From Tannockella kyphosi (GTDB taxonomy: Bacteria; Bacillota_I; Bacilli_A; Erysipelotrichales; Coprobacillaceae), in assembly GCF_021054785.1 (NCBI RefSeq), contig NZ_CP088239.1:2228891-2260890 (forward strand): a stretch of DNA of 32,000 nucleotides, written 5' to 3'. A program made the translations under genes and the position numbers. The notes beneath the pieces were generated by a model that made no database searches, had not been told where the DNA came from, and saw only the letters and a list, made by a program, of their open reading frames with translations. The number at the start of each line of letters is the position of its first letter. Within the stretch, counting starts at the first letter, position 1. Positions 18,607 to 32,000 of the stretch are shown here, piece after piece.

Positions 18607-18678
18607 AAATGGGCACTCAACAAAAGGGATGTGACAAAAAAGAACGAAGTTGAAAAACAAAAAAAGTTCAAAAAGTCA

Positions 18679-18707
18679 TTGACAAAAAAGAGTGAATCAA
18701 GTATTAT
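18679..18707 (+). promoter_or_regulatory. rrn promoter P2 (copy 1)
   Basis: Consensus TTGACA, 17-bp spacer, TATTAT. Confidence 0.6.
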
Positions 18708-18741
18708 AAACAAGTCGGCAAAAACAAAAGACGACAAGAGA

Positions 18742-18760
18742 GATCATTGAAAACTAAACA
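18742..18760 (+). promoter_or_regulatory. rrn leader boxA-like antitermination element (copy 1)
   Basis: GATCATTGAAAACTAAACA resembles the Firmicute rrn leader motif CTTTGAAAACTAAAC. A related copy is in the ITS. Confidence 0.5.
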
Positions 18761-18852
18761 GAAAAACTAAGAATTAAAAACACAACGTCAATATCCAAAA
18801 GGATAAAAAACAAAAGCAAAAGAGCTAGAAAACAACGAAGTTGTTTACATAA

Positions 18853-20380
<1,528 letters not shown>

Positions 20381-20466
20381 AGGAGTAAAACAAAAAACAA
20401 GGTAGTAACCAAAGTTGTGAATTCGAAAAATTTCTGTTTAGTTTTGAGTGAAACTCTCACTCAAGA

Positions 20467-20485
20467 GATCATTGAAAACTGGATA
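20467..20485 (+). promoter_or_regulatory. ITS boxA-like element (copy 1)
   Basis: GATCATTGAAAACTGGATA in the 16S-23S spacer repeats the leader motif. Confidence 0.4.
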
Positions 20486-20699
20486 ACAAATTGCGAAATA
20501 GATTAGAAAAAGAGATCGAAAGATTAAAACCAGAATAATTAATAAATTAAGAATTGTGGTCTTTCTAGTTTAAGTCGAAAAAACTAAGATTATTATTAAA
20601 AAAGACACCAAAAAATACGAACGTATAAATAGTCAAAAAAAATAGTAACTCAAGCAAACAAAAAACAAAAAAAATGTACGAAAGTACAACACACCAATA

Positions 20700-23603
<2,904 letters not shown>

Positions 23604-23695
23604 AAACGGTTAAACGCTTGAAGATAAAAACAAAGAAAGAATCGAATTTAAAAAGCAATTGTTATCTAGTTTTGAGTGATTTCACTCAAGAAGAA

Positions 23696-23803
23696 TCTGG
23701 TAGTGATGGCATGATGGACACACCTGTTCCCATCCCGAACACAGAAGTTAAGCATCATAACGGCGACGATAGTACTAAGGTGCAACAATAGCAAACTGCC
23801 AGT
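23696..23803 (+). rRNA. rrf: 5S ribosomal RNA (copy 1), unusually short (about 106-108 nt)
   Basis: CTGGTAGT pairs with ACTGCCAG as helix I. The conserved core CCTGTTCCCATCCCGAACACAGAAGTTAAGC is present. The helix IV region is reduced to GTAC-TAAG-GTGC. Confidence 0.9.
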
Positions 23804-23810
23804 TTCATCC

Positions 23811-23836
23811 GACATCCATTTGGATGTCTTTTTTTT
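23811..23836 (+). terminator. rrn operon terminator (copy 1)
   Basis: GACATCC-ATTT-GGATGTC followed by 8 T. Confidence 0.75.
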
Positions 23837-23903
23837 ATCCAAAAAGTAGATAGACAATAGAGGTTAAAAATAACCAAAAAAAGCCATAAAAAGAAAGAAA
23901 AAC

Positions 23904-23919
23904 AAAAGTTATTCACAAA
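23904..23919. repeat. 16-nt repeat AAAAGTTATTCACAAA carrying a DnaA-box-consensus 9-mer
   Basis: TTATTCACA (23909-23917) fits TTATNCACA. The same 16-mer recurs at 24067-24082. A degenerate palindromic TTGTGCACA is at 23930-23938. Confidence 0.45.
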
Positions 23920-24066
23920 AATTGTATAATTGTGCACAAAATATAAATAACTCTATTTTATAAAAAAGAAGTCAAATCAAGTAAAAAGACACCTAAATAG
24001 CACAAATATCCAATTATTTTCATTTATGGCCCAAAAATCAGAGAATCGATCCCTTGTCTAACAGAG

Positions 24067-24096
24067 AAAAGTTATTCACAAATGTGAATAACTTTT
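24067..24096. repeat. perfect 14+2+14 palindrome containing two inverted TTATTCACA boxes
   Basis: AAAAGTTATTCACA-AA-TGTGAATAACTTTT. The arms at 24067-24080 and 24083-24096 are exact reverse complements. Confidence 0.9.
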
Positions 24097-24289
24097 ATTC
24101 CATCCATCAAGCCTTCCATTACGTATTTTATTTTTTCGTACATAATAACAATTGGTCCTAACAAGCAGCGATAAAAATAGAACATTGTCTAAAATATTTT
24201 ATAAATAAGAAAGTAAAAAGATGTCAAAAAGACGAAAAGTAGCGATAGAATCAAAGGAAAATGAAGGAATAAAAAAAGCATAAAAAAGC

Positions 24290-24318
24290 TTTACAAGACT
24301 AGGGTGTTATGATATTAT
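24290..24318 (+). promoter_or_regulatory. rrn promoter P1 (copy 2)
   Basis: Identical to copy 1 P1: TTTACA-17-TATTAT. Confidence 0.55.
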
Positions 24319-24390
24319 AAATGGGCACTCAACAAAAGGGATGTGACAAAAAAGAACGAAGTTGAAAAACAAAAAAAGTTCAAAAAGTTA

Positions 24391-24419
24391 TTGACAAAAA
24401 AGAGTGAATCAAGTATTAT
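24391..24419 (+). promoter_or_regulatory. rrn promoter P2 (copy 2)
   Basis: TTGACA-17-TATTAT. There is a single C to T difference 2 nt upstream of the -35 relative to copy 1. Confidence 0.6.
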
Positions 24420-24453
24420 AAACAAGTCGGCAAAAACAAAAGACGACAAGAGA

Positions 24454-24472
24454 GATCATTGAAAACTAAACA
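24454..24472 (+). promoter_or_regulatory. rrn leader boxA-like element (copy 2)
   Basis: Identical to 18742-18760. Confidence 0.5.
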
Positions 24473-24564
24473 GAAAAACTAAGAATTAAAAACACAACGT
24501 CAATATCCAAAAGGATAAAAAACAAAAGCAAAAGAGCTAGAAAACAACGAAGTTGTTTACATAA

Positions 24565-26092
<1,528 letters not shown>

Positions 26093-26178
26093 AGGAGTAA
26101 AACAAAAAACAAGGTAGTAACCAAAGTTGTGAATTCGAAAAATTTCTGTTTAGTTTTGAGTGAAACTCTCACTCAAGA

Positions 26179-26197
26179 GATCATTGAAAACTGGATA
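26179..26197 (+). promoter_or_regulatory. ITS boxA-like element (copy 2)
   Basis: Identical to 20467-20485. Confidence 0.4.
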
Positions 26198-26410
26198 ACA
26201 AATTGCGAAATAGATTAGAAAAAGAGATCGAAAGATTAAAACCAGAATAATTAATAAATTAAGAATTGTGGTCTTTCTAGTTTAAGTCGAAAAACTAAGA
26301 TTATTATTAAAAAAGACACCAAAAAATACGAACGTATAAATAGTCAAAAAAAATAGTAACTCAAGCAAACAAAAAACAAAAAAAGTGTACGAAAGTACAA
26401 CACACCAATA

Positions 26411-29314
<2,904 letters not shown>

Positions 29315-29406
29315 AAACGGTTAAACGCTTGAAGATAAAAACAAAGAAAGAATCGAATTTAAAAAGCAATTGTTATCTAGTTTTGAGTGATTTCACTCAA
29401 GAAGAA

Positions 29407-29514
29407 TCTGGTAGTGATGGCATGATGGACACACCTGTTCCCATCCCGAACACAGAAGTTAAGCATCATAACGGCGACGATAGTACTAAGGTGCAACAAT
29501 AGCAAACTGCCAGT
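29407..29514 (+). rRNA. rrf: 5S ribosomal RNA (copy 2)
   Basis: Identical to copy 1. Confidence 0.9.
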
Positions 29515-29521
29515 TTCATCC

Positions 29522-29548
29522 GACATCCATTTGGATGTCTTTTTTTTT
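29522..29548 (+). terminator. rrn operon terminator (copy 2)
   Basis: Same hairpin as copy 1, followed by 9 T. Confidence 0.75.
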
Positions 29549-29648
29549 ATCCAAAATTTCCTATCATTATTTCTATTGTTTTATAAGTAATTATATGTAA
29601 AATAGTCAATTGTATATTAAAAAAAACAATTAGTTTAATAAAAAATTA

Positions 29649-29677
29649 TTGACTTAACTTTAAAGGCAGTGTATTAT
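29649..29677 (+). promoter_or_regulatory. candidate promoter of the trp operon
   Basis: TTGACT (29649-29654), 17-bp spacer, TATTAT (29672-29677). Confidence 0.55.
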
Positions 29678-29683
29678 TTTAAT

Positions 29684-29937
29684 AATTTCATATCACAAAC
29701 CGTTGAAATGGAGATAAAAATAATCGTGCATCTTACAGAGAATCTAACAAGGCTGAGAGTTAGAAGAAAAGCAAATTATTAAATGGACCATGGAGGGTGT
29801 AGTCAAAGGGAAACCAAGTATTCTACAACGTAATCTATGCGTCAAATAGAATAGATTTGTTAGAATCTAAAACACATGTTTAGGTGGTATAGCGTATAAA
29901 GCGTCCTTAGCAATATTTTATTGCTGAGGATTTTTTT
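29684..29937 (+). ncRNA. T-box riboswitch leader, probable tryptophan (UGG) specifier
   Basis: AGAGA box at 29737-29741. Candidate specifier TGG followed by A at 29784-29787. T-box sequence TTTAGGTGGTATAGCG at about 29879-29894 (compare the consensus GGGTGGTACCGCG). An overlapping terminator hairpin sits immediately upstream of trpE. Confidence 0.65.
29904..29937 (+). terminator. T-box attenuator terminator
   Basis: TCCTTAGCAAT-ATTTT-ATTGCTGAGGA (one G-U) followed by 7 T. Confidence 0.7.
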
Positions 29938-29960
29938 ATTAAAACGAAGGGAGAACAACA

Positions 29961-31445
29961 ATGATAGTACCAAGTTTAGAAGAAATACAATCAATGGAAT
30001 TAGATCAATATCAAAGAGTACCATTAAAAATGGAATTATTTGCAGACAATCTAACACCGATCAAAGCACTGAAAAAATTAAAATATGTAAGTATTCATAG
30101 CTTTCTTTTAGAAAGTGCAGAAAGAAAAGAATATTGGGGCAGATATACTTTTCTAGGATTTCAACCAACTTTGGAAGTAAGTTGTCTGGAGGGAGTTGTA
30201 GAAATAAAAAAAGAATCAGGAAGCACACAGACGAAAGAGGATCCTTCTAAAGTAATTAGAGAAATACTTAAAAACAATTTAGCTCCTAAATTAGAAAATT
30301 TCCCACCTTTTAGTGGTGGATTAGTAGGTTACTTCAGTTATGACTATATGAAATATAGTGAACCTAGCTTAGTATTAGATGCAAAAGATGAAGAAGGATT
30401 TAAAGATGTTGATCTTATGTTATTTGATAAAGTAATCGCATTTGATCATTACAAACAAAAAATAAATATTATTGTAAACATAGAATTAAAAGATTTAGAA
30501 ACAAATTATCAAAAAGGGATAAAAGAAATAGAAGATATTGCTTCTATATTATTACAAGGAAAATCTTATCAAGCAGAGAAACTAACATTAACTAGTGAAT
30601 TCACACCATTATTTAATCAAAAAGAATTCTGTGAAATGGTACAAAAAGCAAAACAGTCTATTTATGAAGGAGACATCTTTCAAGTAGTTCTATCCAATCG
30701 ATTACAAGCTTCTATCAAAGGAAGTTTATTAGATACTTATCGAGTTTTAAGAACAACAAACCCATCACCTTATATGTTTTACTTTTCTAGTGATGATGTA
30801 GAAATAGCAGGAGCATCTCCAGAAACCTTAGTCAGTTTAAAAGAAGGTATCCTACATACATTTCCTTTAGCTGGAACAAGACCTAGAGGGGACACTCAAG
30901 AAGAAGATCTATTATTAGAACAAAGTTTATTAAATGATCCTAAAGAAGTAGCAGAACACAATATGTTAGTAGACTTAGGTAGAAATGATATTGGTAAAAT
31001 TAGTCAAATTGGTTCAGTAGAAGTAGAAAAATATATGTCGATAGAAAGATTTTCTCATGTTATGCATATTGGTTCTACTGTAAAAGGAATACTAAAAAAA
31101 GAATATGATGCACTAGATGCTATTAACTCTATCTTACCTGCAGGAACATTATCAGGAGCACCAAAACTGAGAGCATGTCAAATTATTAATGAACTAGAAA
31201 ACAATAAAAGAGGTATTTATGGAGGTGCAATTGGATATATTGATTTTAATGGAAACTTAGATACTTGTATTGCAATTCGTTTAGCATTCTTAAAAAATAA
31301 CAAAGTGTTTATTCGTTCTGGAGCAGGTATCGTAGCAGATAGTGATCCTGTTAGTGAATATCATGAATGTATTCATAAAGCCAAAGCAGTAATGGAAGCT
31401 TTAAAAGAAAGTGAAGGAGGAATTGATTATGATTTTACTAATTGA
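29961..31445 (+). CDS. trpE: anthranilate synthase component I
   Basis: 494 aa. LLESAE near the N-terminus, the chorismate-binding domain motifs (GDIFQVVLS, NPSPYMFY, AGTRPRG, GAIGY, GAGIVADS), and a GGGAGAA RBS. Confidence 0.93.
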   Translation: MIVPSLEEIQSMELDQYQRVPLKMELFADNLTPIKALKKLKYVSIHSFLLESAERKEYWGRYTFLGFQPTLEVSCLEGVVEIKKESGSTQTKEDPSKVIREILKNNLAPKLENFPPFSGGLVGYFSYDYMKYSEPSLVLDAKDEEGFKDVDLMLFDKVIAFDHYKQKINIIVNIELKDLETNYQKGIKEIEDIASILLQGKSYQAEKLTLTSEFTPLFNQKEFCEMVQKAKQSIYEGDIFQVVLSNRLQASIKGSLLDTYRVLRTTNPSPYMFYFSSDDVEIAGASPETLVSLKEGILHTFPLAGTRPRGDTQEEDLLLEQSLLNDPKEVAEHNMLVDLGRNDIGKISQIGSVEVEKYMSIERFSHVMHIGSTVKGILKKEYDALDAINSILPAGTLSGAPKLRACQIINELENNKRGIYGGAIGYIDFNGNLDTCIAIRLAFLKNNKVFIRSGAGIVADSDPVSEYHECIHKAKAVMEALKESEGGIDYDFTN

Positions 31446-32000
31446 TAATTATGATAGTTTTTCTTATAACTTATACCAATTAATTGGCTCAATAGAGCCA
31501 AACATACAAGTAGTTCGAAATGATAAAATAACGATAGCAAAAATTGAACAATTAAATCCAGAGTCTATCTTTTTATCACCAGGACCAGGACATCCTAGAG
31601 ATGCAGGAAAATGTGTGGAAATAATTCAAAAATTAGGTACTAAATATCCAATCTTTGGAGTCTGTTTAGGACATCAAGCAATATGTCATGCATATGGAGC
31701 AACAGTATCGCATGCAAGTAAATTAATGCATGGAAAAACATCAGAGGCAACCATCAATACAAAGGCACTTATCTTTCAAGAGATGGAAGAAAAGATGATT
31801 GTTGCTAGATATCATTCACTTAGTGCAAAACCAGACACGATACCGGATTGTTTAGAAGTGATAGCAAGAAGTGAAGATGGCGATATTATGGCAATACAAC
31901 ATTGTCAAAATACTGTATTTGGGGTACAGTTCCATCCAGAATCAATCCTTACACCAGAGGGAAAGAAAATTATAGAAAATTTTATAGGGGGATATAGAAA
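31429..32000 (+). CDS. trpG: anthranilate synthase component II / glutamine amidotransferase (3' end outside window)
   Basis: Not in the ORF track because no stop falls within the window. ATG at 31429 lies 8 nt after GAAGGAGG and overlaps the trpE stop by 17 nt. The translation MILLIDNYDSFSYNLYQ...GVCLGHQ...VQFHPES carries the class-I GATase catalytic Cys and His motifs. Confidence 0.9.
   Translation, partial: MILLIDNYDSFSYNLYQLIGSIEPNIQVVRNDKITIAKIEQLNPESIFLSPGPGHPRDAGKCVEIIQKLGTKYPIFGVCLGHQAICHAYGATVSHASKLMHGKTSEATINTKALIFQEMEEKMIVARYHSLSAKPDTIPDCLEVIARSEDGDIMAIQHCQNTVFGVQFHPESILTPEGKKIIENFIGGYR

Noticed and set aside
20381-20699. tRNA-Ile or tRNA-Ala genes in the 16S-23S spacer.
   Set aside because: The 319-nt ITS (318 nt in copy 2) is A-rich, and I found no cloverleaf-capable segment or GGTTCGA-type T-loop. 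None is called.
24040-24066. A tRNA-like fragment (GAGAATCGATCCC resembles a T-arm) in the inter-rrn spacer.
   Set aside because: There are no complementary T-stem halves, no acceptor stem and no anticodon arm, so the resemblance is superficial.
23845-24243. The DnaA-box cluster as the chromosomal replication origin (oriC).
   Set aside because: No dnaA, dnaN or rpmH is nearby. I cannot identify a clear AT-rich unwinding element with repeated 13-mers or a DnaA-trio. Only three boxes are present, two of which are one palindrome. It is kept only as a box cluster or operator candidate.
29860-30057. A 65-aa minus-strand ORF overlapping the T-box terminator and the trpE start.
   Set aside because: It is hydrophobic, low-complexity and antisense to a well-supported leader and CDS, and it has no RBS.

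Overview
This is a 32-kb stretch of core chromosome from a low-GC Bacillota genome. The 16S signature, a roughly 108-nt 5S rRNA, Asn at the RpoB 526-equivalent position and a Mollicutes-like L11 suggest an Erysipelotrichia/Mollicutes-related lineage, but that is inference. Every gene is on the + strand except one transposase. The order is: pgk (3' fragment)-tpiA | rplK-rplA-rplJ-rplL | ybxB-like SAM methyltransferase | rpoB-rpoC | ISL3-family insertion sequence (minus strand) | rpsL-rpsG-fusA-tuf | orphan PTS EIIA (lactose/cellobiose family) | two tandem, almost identical 16S-23S-5S rRNA operons with no tRNA genes | Trp T-box leader-trpE-trpG (3' end outside the window). I found no CRISPR array, no tRNA genes, no defence or toxin-like cassette, and no unexplained multi-gene cluster. 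I therefore do not claim a novel system here; the window is overwhelmingly housekeeping. The points worth a second look are small-scale. (1) RpoB carries Asn at the His526-equivalent rifampicin position. (2) A near-identical 20-nt motif sits before both rplK and rplA, and looks like duplicated L1 autoregulatory mimics. (3) The ISL3 element lies in the rpoC-rpsL spacer, surrounded by extra copies of its terminal-repeat motif, and its promoter is nested inside an RBS-sequestering hairpin. (4) A 16-nt repeat and perfect 30-bp palindrome carrying TTATTCACA (DnaA-box consensus) lie in the 399-bp spacer between the rrn operons. (5) The 5S rRNA is truncated. (6) The two rrn copies differ at a few positions. 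All coordinates were derived by hand from the printed sequence; RNA ends and promoter calls are approximate.
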